From sequence record OP617743.1: 64,000 nt of DNA. One strand, written 5' to 3'. A program made the position numbers and the translations under genes. How positions within the stretch are numbered: the stretch's first letter is position 1; every line of letters starts with the position of its first letter. This DNA is from Klebsiella phage KP13-26. The notes below the pieces were generated by a model. It ran no database searches and was not told the origin of the DNA. It was given only the letters and a program-made list of their open reading frames with translations. Of this stretch, positions 1 through 8,525 are shown piece by piece.

Positions 1-784
1 TGCAAACCTTGCTCAAAGCCATAACAAAACTCTGACGAGCAGGAACTTCAAAATTAAAAGGGATCTGCGAACGTTCCAGTGCTAAGACACAGCTTTCTTC
101 GTACACACCGAGAAGACGGATATGATTTTCTTGCTCAAAGAACTTTTCTTTGGAGGTCATCACTTCACTATCATCTTTCATATACGATTTGTATGCAGGA
201 ACACCGAGAACTGCCACCGCTTCGTGAATGGTGTCATGATCGTACACATATGGCACTTCGTCGCCTTTGAAGAAGTCTTTGCTCTTCACATCCAAGTTTG
301 GGTGAGAATAGTTATAGGTTTCTTTCTCACGCAGTTTGAATACTTCTTCTAACTCCGGCGGAATTTTAGCCCCAAGAGAGCGCATGAAATGAATGTCGTT
401 CATGGTCTTGAAAAAGTGTGGACTGTTCTTCTTATAACGATGACTCATTTTCAGAAGATACAGAACATCTACCGGAGCCACGAAATCACCGTTGTTAAGG
501 AACATACTCTGTGGGCTTGCCTTGCAATATTGGATCAGAATATCTGTGCTATCGCCCGGTTGAGCAATATCAAACTCGATATGTGTCCCATCTGTCAGTT
601 TGACATGACCTTTGTTGCCAGTACGTTCCACAAGCTCAACGCCTTCTTCGTGGGTGTAACGCATGAATGCTATACTCCACTCCTTCTCTGTGCAAAGAAA
701 GTCAAGATCAAGACAAGGGCGATAAAATTTCTTAGCCTCCCGTTCTAATTGAATCTCTAAACCACGGCTACCAACCATAATCAT
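1..784 (-). CDS. hypothetical protein (3' end outside window); begins MIMVGSRGLEIQ...
   Basis: Open minus-strand frame running off the window edge; ATG at 784 is preceded by a GAGGAG SD; balanced protein-like composition. Confidence 0.5.
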   Translation of the reverse strand, partial: MIMVGSRGLEIQLEREAKKFYRPCLDLDFLCTEKEWSIAFMRYTHEEGVELVERTGNKGHVKLTDGTHIEFDIAQPGDSTDILIQYCKASPQSMFLNNGDFVAPVDVLYLLKMSHRYKKNSPHFFKTMNDIHFMRSLGAKIPPELEEVFKLREKETYNYSHPNLDVKSKDFFKGDEVPYVYDHDTIHEAVAVLGVPAYKSYMKDDSEVMTSKEKFFEQENHIRLLGVYEESCVLALERSQIPFNFEVPARQSFVMALSKVC

Positions 785-814
785 AATGTTTCTCCTCTCT
801 TAAATGATAGATAG

Positions 815-843
815 AGTTTACTTAGTATTATACCCAATGTCAA
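815..843 (-). promoter_or_regulatory. sigma70-like promoter (TTGACA-N17-TAAACT; a perfect TATAAT is also present in the spacer)
   Basis: Minus-sense TTGACA at 843-838 and a -10 region at 820-815, upstream of the gene starting at 784 and downstream of a terminator. Confidence 0.4.
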
Positions 844-857
844 TACTTAGACAATAA

Positions 858-880
858 AAAACCCGCCGAAGCGGGTTCTT
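858..880 (-). terminator. rho-independent terminator
   Basis: Minus-sense CCCGC-TTCG-GCGGG hairpin followed by TTTTTT, directly after the stop of the 886 gene. Confidence 0.7.
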
Positions 881-885
881 GTCAT

Positions 886-1155
886 TTAACACATTTCTGA
901 AGAAGACACCCAGATACCTTGAGTTAGTTTACCTTCCTCATCGGCATATTCACTTGCTCGCCAGCCCAGGTAGTATTCTTCAATATCTGTACCTTTAGGA
1001 TAATATGTTTGTCCATTTTCCCCATATTCACCCCAGTAGGCTTGTACACCACCCTCGTCAGCCAAAGCGGCTATCTGATCTTTCACCGTCTCCACATATT
1101 CTTCTGCGGCTTTGGTCAGCTCTTGAATTTCTTTATCGTAATCACGTTTTTCCAT
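886..1155 (-). CDS. small acidic protein, WxSSSxxC C-terminal family (paralog 1)
   Basis: ORF 886..1290; the internal ATG at 1155 has a strong AGGAGAAGAAA SD, so an alternative TTG start at 1290 remains possible. Ends ...GIWVSSSEMC. Confidence 0.45.
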   Translation of the reverse strand: MEKRDYDKEIQELTKAAEEYVETVKDQIAALADEGGVQAYWGEYGENGQTYYPKGTDIEEYYLGWRASEYADEEGKLTQGIWVSSSEMC

Positions 1156-1219
1156 TTTCTTCTCCTCTGCTTCTGCGATTAAGTTTAGCTCTGGCATCAG
1201 GAATGACCAGAGCAATTCA

Positions 1220-1444
1220 TTAGCAACTGGACGTGACCCAAACTGATCCATCTGCGTACACTCCAAACGTTTCGGAATTTCCTTCGCCAAAACAGTCAGA
1301 AGACTGCCAATCTTCGAAGGTCATTTCTCCATCACAACTGATATCTAATCCGAAATCATTAGCTTCAGCCAGTGCGTGTAGTTCTTTAATGATTTTTTGT
1401 GCTTCAAGTGCCTTCTCTTGAATCTGATCAATGTTACGTGACAT
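1220..1444 (-). CDS. small acidic protein, WxSSSxxC C-terminal family (paralog 2)
   Basis: ATG at 1444 with a GAGGG SD; the longer ORF-track N-terminus is low-complexity and overlaps the next gene. Ends ...GSVWVTSSC. Confidence 0.55.
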   Translation of the reverse strand: MSRNIDQIQEKALEAQKIIKELHALAEANDFGLDISCDGEMTFEDWQSSDCFGEGNSETFGVYADGSVWVTSSC

Positions 1445-1474
1445 TTTTGTACCCTCTATTGTTAAACTGCTTTC

Positions 1475-1503
1475 ATTATAGGGCAAAACTTCATGCCCTG
1501 CAA
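1475..1503 (-). promoter_or_regulatory. sigma70-like promoter (TTGCAG-N17-TATAAT)
   Basis: Minus-sense perfect TATAAT about 30 nt upstream of the ATG at 1444, with 17-nt spacing to TTGCAG. Confidence 0.4.
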
Positions 1504-1529
1504 TAAAAATTCTTACATCATAACCCATA

Positions 1530-1724
1530 CTAGCAACCCAGAGAAGACGGGAACCAGTTATCACCAGTATACTCGTTTTCTTCTTCTGGATCAAAGTAAC
1601 CGCCCATGCCGTAAGCCGGATGGAAACCAAAACCTTCACCTGTTTCCAAGGATAGACGCTGTGCTTCTTCAAGAGCGGCTCTTGCCGCAGCTACTGCTTC
1701 GCTTACTGTTTTAAATTCACCCAT
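1530..1724 (-). CDS. small acidic protein, WxSSSxxC C-terminal family (paralog 3)
   Basis: AGGAGA SD 5 nt before the ATG; ends ...DNWFPSSLGC. Confidence 0.55.
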   Translation of the reverse strand: MGEFKTVSEAVAAARAALEEAQRLSLETGEGFGFHPAYGMGGYFDPEEENEYTGDNWFPSSLGC

Positions 1725-1739
1725 TTTTATCTCCTATTA

Positions 1740-2177
1740 TTACCAGCAAATACTGCTTGAAATCCAACCATGCTCATATCCAGCGTTAATGTGCGCTGAA
1801 AGAACTTGCTCTTTACCTACACTAAACTTTCCGTCTTCGTAGACGAAAGGTTCTTGGATACCAGATTCTTCCCAGAGATTCATCAGCACCTGTTTAGCAG
1901 TGTTGATTTCATCCAGGCGTTCTTTACTAACCATAACATTGTTGTAGCAATAATCATAGATTGCATCTTCCTGAATAGGTTCCATAGTCTCTTTGTTATA
2001 AGCCCATGTGGTCAGCATGTAATCATCTGTCCAATAAGGTTTAACTTCGAGAGGAATACCTTCCACATGAAGACGCTCATCTTCATCACCCAAGAACAAA
2101 ACGGTAAATTTATATTCGCCGCTACTTAGATCGTAGTAATCTTCACCTACACGAAGGTTGTCAATGTTATTATACAT
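1740..2177 (-). CDS. acidic protein, WxSSSxC C-terminal family (paralog 4)
   Basis: AAGGGG SD; ends ...EHGWISSSICW. Confidence 0.55.
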   Translation of the reverse strand: MYNNIDNLRVGEDYYDLSSGEYKFTVLFLGDEDERLHVEGIPLEVKPYWTDDYMLTTWAYNKETMEPIQEDAIYDYCYNNVMVSKERLDEINTAKQVLMNLWEESGIQEPFVYEDGKFSVGKEQVLSAHINAGYEHGWISSSICW

Positions 2178-2186
2178 TTTAGCCCC

Positions 2187-2606
2187 TTAACAAGTCATGC
2201 TACTAGAGCACCAAGCATGAGTACCTTGGATATAGGCAGAGCATTCGTCGTTACCAATATACACACGGTCATCTGATACAATAAGATCTCTTGTATTTAC
2301 ACCCAGAGACTTCAGCGTATCCACGATGTGTTGGCGTTCTTTATCTTTTCTTTTACGTTCTACAGGATCGATTAGACCGTGTTCATTAATAAATTCTTCA
2401 ATATAATTATCCCCTTCAATAAATTCGTCATTATAATAATCTTCGTAAAGAATTGCATCGTTATGTTCAGGGAGTTCATTCATTTCTTCTAGATATGCCT
2501 GTTTGTCTTCATCACTAGACCAAACACCATCAGCAAACACAATGCGAGCTACTTCATCACCCCAATTATCTTCGAATACTTGCCCAGCCACATATTTATT
2601 CTTCAC
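2187..2606 (-). CDS. acidic protein, WxSSSxxC C-terminal family (paralog 5)
   Basis: Ends ...THAWCSSSMTC; very acidic, D/E/Y-rich. Confidence 0.55.
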   Translation of the reverse strand: MKNKYVAGQVFEDNWGDEVARIVFADGVWSSDEDKQAYLEEMNELPEHNDAILYEDYYNDEFIEGDNYIEEFINEHGLIDPVERKRKDKERQHIVDTLKSLGVNTRDLIVSDDRVYIGNDECSAYIQGTHAWCSSSMTC

Positions 2607-2880
2607 AAGGTATCTCCTCTTCTAATACTGCTTTAATTTTAAATGCTTTACTTCCTAAGTAACCGTCGCAACGGTCTTCATCCCCATAGTGCGAATAAAA
2701 GTCAAATTGTACAGTTGATTCACTCATTAGAAAAATCATATCTGTATGCTTTGTACCTTCGGGAACAATATTTTGGATATGCGGTAGAAGTTTACAATCA
2801 TAAAAACAAAGATCACCCGCACTACCTACTTCATCCCAACCTTCCCAAGACTCCACAAAAGAATGTTCTAAGCCTGCCAT
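2596..2880 (-). CDS. hypothetical protein
   Basis: 94-aa ORF with an 11-nt overlap onto the downstream gene; protein-like composition. Confidence 0.45.
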   Translation of the reverse strand: MAGLEHSFVESWEGWDEVGSAGDLCFYDCKLLPHIQNIVPEGTKHTDMIFLMSESTVQFDFYSHYGDEDRCDGYLGSKAFKIKAVLEEEIPCEE

Positions 2881-2895
2881 ACAACCCTCCTCTAG

Positions 2896-3054
2896 TTAAC
2901 AATCATAAGAAGAACTACGCCAAGAGACATTTACTTCAACATTTTCCCCATCTTCTAAAGTAATGTTGAAATAATCATGCCCTAAACCCTCAGCACGAGC
3001 CATAACAATGGCCTCTTCTAGCTTTTGTGCAATCAGTTGCTCGATAGTTTTCAT
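2896..3054 (-). CDS. small protein (52 aa), WxSSSxxC C-terminal family (paralog 6), missed by the ORF track
   Basis: ATG at 3054 with a GAGGAG SD 7 nt upstream; translation MKTIEQLIAQKLEEAIVMARAEGLGHDYFNITLEDGENVEVNVSWRSSSYDC. Confidence 0.5.
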   Translation of the reverse strand: MKTIEQLIAQKLEEAIVMARAEGLGHDYFNITLEDGENVEVNVSWRSSSYDC

Positions 3055-3077
3055 TTACTTCTCCTCTATTCTAAATA

Positions 3078-3521
3078 TTACACCAATACACTCTTGCTGA
3101 TATCTTCTAAAAGAAAGCTGAATTCTAGAACTAAAAAATCTCCTTCAGAATTACTTTCTATATATACAGAAAAACCAACATCTGTGTTATCCTTAGAGAG
3201 TGGCCCCAAGTGAAGTTTATATTCTTTATGATCTTCTTTTGTATATGTTACTGTATAGAACATATCCCTAAGTAACCCAGCCACAAAACGTTGTTTTTCT
3301 AACGGATTGGTATAAGTTAAAAGCTTCTCTTTTTGCTCCTCATTCAAAGGTCTTTCTACTGTATAGAAAGGAATTTCTTTCTTTTCTTCAGAATTAAGAA
3401 TTACCGTAGAGTTTGTAGAATAAACCCTGTCTTTTAAACCCACCTCGTCTAACTTATCATTTACATATTTAGTTAAAGCAGGTGTTAATTTGAATATCTC
3501 GTTTACTTGTCTTATCGTCAT
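3078..3521 (-). CDS. hypothetical protein
   Basis: 147-aa ORF packed tightly with its neighbours. Confidence 0.5.
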   Translation of the reverse strand: MTIRQVNEIFKLTPALTKYVNDKLDEVGLKDRVYSTNSTVILNSEEKKEIPFYTVERPLNEEQKEKLLTYTNPLEKQRFVAGLLRDMFYTVTYTKEDHKEYKLHLGPLSKDNTDVGFSVYIESNSEGDFLVLEFSFLLEDISKSVLV

Positions 3522-4039
3522 TACCAGGTATCTCCCTTTGGCTTGATAACCTCAACGAAGAAAGAAGTTTCCATTTGCAGAGTATTGTTTAAAATAAACC
3601 CGTATAAAGGATACGCTGTAGTTCCTGCATATTGAATAGTATCAGCAGGAGCAAAATGCACAGCTACTTTTTGTGCTCCGTTATCTAACTCATGAACAAT
3701 TGCACGTAAGATCTCATTCACCATCACGGTAGTGAATGTTTGCAGTACAGTGTTTTCAAATGGAACATACCCTAAGAAATGAAGATTAATATCTTCAATC
3801 TCTTGTTGAGTCAAATCTTTATCCAGTGGATAAAATGGAATAGTATATGCAACGTTATCTTTTGTCAAGAAGACATCACAATTATGATAAAGGAAGTCTA
3901 CTTTGTCCATAACAAAACGAATACCTTGCCAAAGTGTATCTTGTACACGTTCTTGGATAGCCTCAGTTAAATCTACGAGATCGTGATGCATATGACTTAC
4001 ATTAGTACGTTCTCCTCCTCTAAGACATGCTTTAAGCAT
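3521..4039 (-). CDS. hypothetical protein
   Basis: 172-aa ORF whose stop overlaps the next start. Confidence 0.5.
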   Translation of the reverse strand: MLKACLRGGERTNVSHMHHDLVDLTEAIQERVQDTLWQGIRFVMDKVDFLYHNCDVFLTKDNVAYTIPFYPLDKDLTQQEIEDINLHFLGYVPFENTVLQTFTTVMVNEILRAIVHELDNGAQKVAVHFAPADTIQYAGTTAYPLYGFILNNTLQMETSFFVEVIKPKGDTW

Positions 4040-4604
4040 TAATTGCCTCCTCTAAAATAGGTTTAATGAAATCAAATATTTCCCGTTTACTTTTACCTCG
4101 TATGTTAAAGCAAGGAATATTAAACTGTTTTGCTAACATCCATGCAGTTCTAGTCCCTCCTTTTGCATCCCCATTTTTATCTACATCTGAACAGGCCAAT
4201 AAAAATAAAGAGGGAACAGGATTTTCCAAATCTCTTCCTAGCACCTGATGAACATTGCGTTGATGCAATTTCTTACCCCCTTGTGATAACCTATCCCAAG
4301 CAGGATGTATTTCTTTTGCATATTTAACGCTTATAGCGTAGTTCATTGTATCAGGGCTGTCAAGACAAATTTTCTCCCCTGCTATTTCATTACCTTCAAA
4401 TTTAGGCCACGGAATGTAAATTTCTTTGTTATCAGGAAGATTAGACAAGGATACACCATACTCGAATGCAGAATCGGAGCCTCCTGCCTTACCGGATCTT
4501 AACTTAAGCCATTGGGCTAACCATTTAGCGACGGCAACCATTATATCCCATTCTTCATCTGTGATATCACGACTTCCTACACCAGTGTAAAATAATCCCT
4601 CCAT
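4032..4604 (-). CDS. Rossmann-fold nucleotide-binding protein, DprA/Smf (SLOG)-like
   Basis: Motifs YTGVGSR ... GKAGGSDSAFEYG resemble the DprA/SLOG fold; weak call made by eye. Confidence 0.35.
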   Translation of the reverse strand: MEGLFYTGVGSRDITDEEWDIMVAVAKWLAQWLKLRSGKAGGSDSAFEYGVSLSNLPDNKEIYIPWPKFEGNEIAGEKICLDSPDTMNYAISVKYAKEIHPAWDRLSQGGKKLHQRNVHQVLGRDLENPVPSLFLLACSDVDKNGDAKGGTRTAWMLAKQFNIPCFNIRGKSKREIFDFIKPILEEAINA

Positions 4605-4613
4605 CCTATCACC

Positions 4614-4868
4614 TCAGCAGGTTACAGTAAATGGATTACCTGGGGTATAAGGTATTTGTGGATTCTTCCAGATATCCTCGATTTGCTGTTTCCAAATTTC
4701 CCTTAGCTTTGTCACATCTGGATCAATGCTTTCATTAGGAACATCTGTTTCCACCTTAATAATTTCTTCTGACACCAAAATCTCTTTGGCTAGCTCAAGG
4801 TTGTCTGTCTCGATAGTGGTTTCTTTAGTCACTTCACCGACAGTTTCTTTGATTGTTATTTTGTACAT
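4614..4868 (-). CDS. hypothetical protein
   Basis: 84-aa ORF. Confidence 0.45.
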   Translation of the reverse strand: MYKITIKETVGEVTKETTIETDNLELAKEILVSEEIIKVETDVPNESIDPDVTKLREIWKQQIEDIWKNPQIPYTPGNPFTVTC

Positions 4869-5605
4869 TAGTCTTCCTCTAAAGTTGAATAAAACTTAAC
4901 CGTTCCTTGCTCATCAAACCAACTAAATGTCAGATTATTGTTGAAACAAGACCCGGTATCCATATATATACGATTAGCATTCATTAATGGCTTTGGTACA
5001 TAAGAGTGTCCATGAAATACATAGTCTACGCCTAATACTTTAGGCAAAGAAATCCCCTCCTGAGCACAGGAAATCATATCTCTATCCCACATTAAAGACT
5101 CTGCAAAAATATCTTCCTTTTCCTTGGATAATCCCAAATTAGGTATCTCTGTTACTGGTAAATATTCATAAGCAGAAGGATAACCTCCATGTATAAATGC
5201 TAACTTTTTACCTCTATGTTCTACTACTAGAACAACGGGGAGATTTTCTACCATTGTTGCCAATAAACTAACACCATCTTCCCCAAGCTCACTCCAAACA
5301 GTATGACCACCATTCTGATACCAACATTCATAATAATCTCTACTGCCTTCTAACATGCCTCTAATTAGCATATCTTCATGATTACCACGGATAGCAAAAC
5401 GGTTAGACTTACGTGTGAATTCAATTACACATCGCAGATTTTGTTTACCCCTGTCAGTAAGATCTCCGAGAGAAATAACATAATCTGTATCTCTAATTCC
5501 TAGAACTCTTTCTCCTTTTTTATAGAGATCGTAACATCCATGTAAATCCCCTATGATAAATAAATCTTTATCATCCTCCAATTTAATAAATTCATAAAGT
5601 TTCAC
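4868..5605 (-). CDS. Ser/Thr protein phosphatase (calcineurin-like metallophosphoesterase, lambda-PPase type)
   Basis: GDLHG, GDLTDRG and GNHE motifs present. Confidence 0.85.
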   Translation of the reverse strand: MKLYEFIKLEDDKDLFIIGDLHGCYDLYKKGERVLGIRDTDYVISLGDLTDRGKQNLRCVIEFTRKSNRFAIRGNHEDMLIRGMLEGSRDYYECWYQNGGHTVWSELGEDGVSLLATMVENLPVVLVVEHRGKKLAFIHGGYPSAYEYLPVTEIPNLGLSKEKEDIFAESLMWDRDMISCAQEGISLPKVLGVDYVFHGHSYVPKPLMNANRIYMDTGSCFNNNLTFSWFDEQGTVKFYSTLEED

Positions 5606-5614
5606 TTTTTCTCC

Positions 5615-6187
5615 TCAATAAGTCATTCCAACAGCGTAGCTGAAGGTAGGCTCGACAATAACAGTTGCAACAGCTATATATTTTTCATTTACTGCATAGC
5701 ATTCTACACGACATACAACAATACCATTTACAATGAACTCCATACAATGTGTCATATCCTCGCATGTAAATATAGTATATGTTATTCCCATAGCATCATA
5801 CAACGATTTTACTTCTTTTGCAAGTTCTGTGATAGGGTCTGTTTCTGCTACAATATATGCTGCTACTATTAAACTATTTGAGTAGTGTGTTGTATCTTCT
5901 AAAGATAATGATCGACAAGGAAGTAATGAAAAGTACTTACCATATGCCAATAACCCAGATCTTACTTGATTAATAACAGCTTGAGAAGGATTTGTTACAT
6001 AAAATAAATTCTCTTTTGGGTTATCAATATTACTGCGAGCTATACATTTAGTAGGAGAATTCTGGTCAAAGACATGATCAAAGTCTACACAAATAGGTAG
6101 ATTATAAGTTTTAAAATTATTTTGTAGGATTGAGACAGCTTTTAAAATGCTGTCCGTATTTATTTTACCATTAAAAGCCAAAGGCAT
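5615..6187 (-). CDS. hypothetical protein
   Basis: 190-aa ORF. Confidence 0.5.
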   Translation of the reverse strand: MPLAFNGKINTDSILKAVSILQNNFKTYNLPICVDFDHVFDQNSPTKCIARSNIDNPKENLFYVTNPSQAVINQVRSGLLAYGKYFSLLPCRSLSLEDTTHYSNSLIVAAYIVAETDPITELAKEVKSLYDAMGITYTIFTCEDMTHCMEFIVNGIVVCRVECYAVNEKYIAVATVIVEPTFSYAVGMTY

Positions 6188-6196
6188 ATGTGCTCC

Positions 6197-6427
6197 TTAA
6201 CTAGTAACATCTACCTCAGTACTTCCTTCCGTAGGAGATATTACAGTACACCTGGTTGCCATATAAGAAACATTCCAACCATTTGGAGAAGTTTCTATTA
6301 AAACCCTATCTTTTGCGATAAACTGGATATAATCAAGTGCTTCTCGCATAGATAAGAACGTTTTTGTAATTTGTTCTTCGTGCAATGATTCCATAGGTCT
6401 CCTCAACTTATTTCTAATTTGTGACAT
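6197..6427 (-). CDS. hypothetical protein
   Basis: 76-aa ORF. Confidence 0.4.
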   Translation of the reverse strand: MSQIRNKLRRPMESLHEEQITKTFLSMREALDYIQFIAKDRVLIETSPNGWNVSYMATRCTVISPTEGSTEVDVTS

Positions 6428-7065
6428 AAACGTTGTACTGCTTTTGCATCGAAAGCTGCGCCTCTTATTGTTTTTTTGCCTGCCTCATTTAACCTTTTTG
6501 AAATAGTTAAAAATGGCATGTTTTGAGACCTGTATGCAGTTAACAATGGTTTAAATTCTTCTGCCCACTCCAAGGAGTACTTAGTATGTTCCTTCTTCGA
6601 GTAATCTGTTCTATGGTATTTTTCATTAGCAGCGCCTAAGAGAGTACCTTTCTCTTTAGCTACTTTTAAACTTTTCTTTACACGATCAGAGATTCCTTTT
6701 GCTTCCTCTTCTGCAAGAACTGCAAGAATATTAATGATCATGTTTTCTGCGGAGGGCATCGTAGCTACACGCACTTGTATCATTTCCAATAAAGCCGCAA
6801 CGGAGGCTGTGTTACGTCCTAAACGGTCAACCTTAGCAACAACTAAGGTGGCTCCTGTTTGCTTACATAGGTTAACAGCTTTAACAAGTTCCCTACGCTG
6901 ACGCCAGTCGCCTTTACCCGTGTAGTACTCAGCAAAACTACCAATAACAGTACAATCTTCTTGAGTATCAAGAAATCTTTGAATGTCAATCTCTTGAGCT
7001 TCAATACCGTATTGATTACCTTGTTGTTTTCTTTTAGATAGACGATGATAAAGTACGTATTTCAT
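6403..7065 (-). CDS. serine recombinase (resolvase/invertase family)
   Basis: N-terminal YHRLSKRKQ (YxRxSxxxQ) with a catalytic Ser; TGATLVVAKVDRLGRN box; ILAVLAEEE element. Confidence 0.7.
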   Translation of the reverse strand: MKYVLYHRLSKRKQQGNQYGIEAQEIDIQRFLDTQEDCTVIGSFAEYYTGKGDWRQRRELVKAVNLCKQTGATLVVAKVDRLGRNTASVAALLEMIQVRVATMPSAENMIINILAVLAEEEAKGISDRVKKSLKVAKEKGTLLGAANEKYHRTDYSKKEHTKYSLEWAEEFKPLLTAYRSQNMPFLTISKRLNEAGKKTIRGAAFDAKAVQRLCHKLEIS

Positions 7066-7114
7066 AATGCCCTCCTGCTATTTATGAAGAGTATGCACTA
7101 CTCTTCATCATATG

Positions 7115-7318
7115 TCAAGTGGTTGTGATATCATCTTCCTGAATAGTTGATTCTTCATCAACAAAAACTTTATCAGGAGTGATATTCTTTCCTGTTATAC
7201 GTGATAGAAGAACAGCACCAATATCTTTTGCTTGCTGTTCATTATCAGCGTAGACATTAGTTCCCGTGTCCTTCTTAGTACTTTCATTAGTGTACACTAA
7301 GTAATAACTGTATGGCAT
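7115..7318 (-). CDS. hypothetical protein
   Basis: 67-aa ORF. Confidence 0.4.
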   Translation of the reverse strand: MPYSYYLVYTNESTKKDTGTNVYADNEQQAKDIGAVLLSRITGKNITPDKVFVDEESTIQEDDITTT

Positions 7319-7326
7319 TTTTATTC

Positions 7327-7569
7327 CTAGTAGTTATCTCGTTCATCCTGAAGACTTTTAGCAATCTTTCCGTACTCTATAGCCAGTCCAGCCATGCTTT
7401 CTGTTTGTGCCGTCATAGCTTCTTTGAAGAACATAGAAATTGCTGCTTGTTGAATAGTTTCAATACCGTCTGAATCTGTAGTGATATTGAGGCTCAAGTC
7501 ATCATCTTCTGTAAAGATAAGCGAGATGTTAAAATTAAAAGTTGATTCCATTAGTTTCTCCTCATACAA
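7327..7569 (-). CDS. hypothetical protein
   Basis: 80-aa ORF. Confidence 0.4.
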   Translation of the reverse strand: MYEEKLMESTFNFNISLIFTEDDDLSLNITTDSDGIETIQQAAISMFFKEAMTAQTESMAGLAIEYGKIAKSLQDERDNY

Positions 7570-8071
7570 AATAGAAAGGTTGCGTAAGCCCTAGACGATT
7601 CTTAGGGTCATAAACATACCACGCATATGCTGTTTTATCTGTCCCGCCACCAACAAAAGAGGGTCTTTCTGACAAAACGATCAAATGATTAGGGGGATTA
7701 TTTTTATGAAACTCCCTACGTTTCTTGGATTCTAAGAATCCTAAACGAAGGAGGTATATACACACATCACATTCTTGTAGACTCTTCTCTAAGAATTGTA
7801 ATGCCAGTTTAAATGGAGGATTTGTGATAATAGCATCTGGCTTTCTCTTCCAACTACTATTAAAATAATCTATCCCCTCGTCTAACTCACAATATTCAGA
7901 TCCTTCTGGAAAATGCTGATAGATAGCATTTGCTAAACCTCTACAAGGTTCAGCAAAAGTCCATCCCTCTTCCACAAGATTTTTAAAATCTATAATACCG
8001 AATAAACTATCTATACACTTTTGGGGAGTAGGATAAAAGTCATTATCCGGTCTTTCATAGTTGTTTGCCAA
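7562..8071 (-). CDS. DNA N6-adenine methyltransferase (phage Dam/T1-type)
   Basis: DFYPTP motif near the N-terminus and an NPPF catalytic motif. Confidence 0.7.
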   Translation of the reverse strand: MANNYERPDNDFYPTPQKCIDSLFGIIDFKNLVEEGWTFAEPCRGLANAIYQHFPEGSEYCELDEGIDYFNSSWKRKPDAIITNPPFKLALQFLEKSLQECDVCIYLLRLGFLESKKRREFHKNNPPNHLIVLSERPSFVGGGTDKTAYAWYVYDPKNRLGLTQPFYFV

Positions 8072-8489
8072 TTTCTAAAATATCCTCTTTAGTTAACTCT
8101 GGGTCTTCCTCGAAGGAGCTGATATCCATAAGAACTTGAAACTCCTCCAGAGACACAGGAATTACCTGATTTTCCTCACGTGCTTTTAATACTTCCAATA
8201 AAGCATCTACCATATCAGAGTATTCATAGAACTTGAGTAGTTGATAATCTAAAGGAGATATCTTATCTTCTTGAAGTAGCCATTCTGTGGCATTATCGAG
8301 AGAACCAACAACGTGCATCATTTCTCCAAAGGCATTAACCTCCCATTGGCGTGTTCTCCACCAACTTAACTTCTCAGTTAAAACGTAACGCTTGTTAGAA
8401 AGATAACTTAAATAATTTTCAGCACGCTTACATGTTTGCTGATAAGCATATACCTGTTTATCAAAAAACTCTACTGGGATAGGTAACAT
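8055..8489 (-). CDS. hypothetical protein
   Basis: 144-aa ORF. Confidence 0.45.
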   Translation of the reverse strand: MLPIPVEFFDKQVYAYQQTCKRAENYLSYLSNKRYVLTEKLSWWRTRQWEVNAFGEMMHVVGSLDNATEWLLQEDKISPLDYQLLKFYEYSDMVDALLEVLKAREENQVIPVSLEEFQVLMDISSFEEDPELTKEDILEIGKQL

Positions 8490-8525
8490 ATCTCCTCCTT
8501 AAAATGCCCCGGAGGGCATTTTTTA

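Noticed and set aside
1445-1672. Long N-terminal extension of ORF 1220..1672 and a 143-nt overlap with 1530..1724
   Set aside because: The extension is low-complexity, while the internal ATG at 1444 has a strong SD. The overlap disappears with the shorter model, which also matches paralog sizes.
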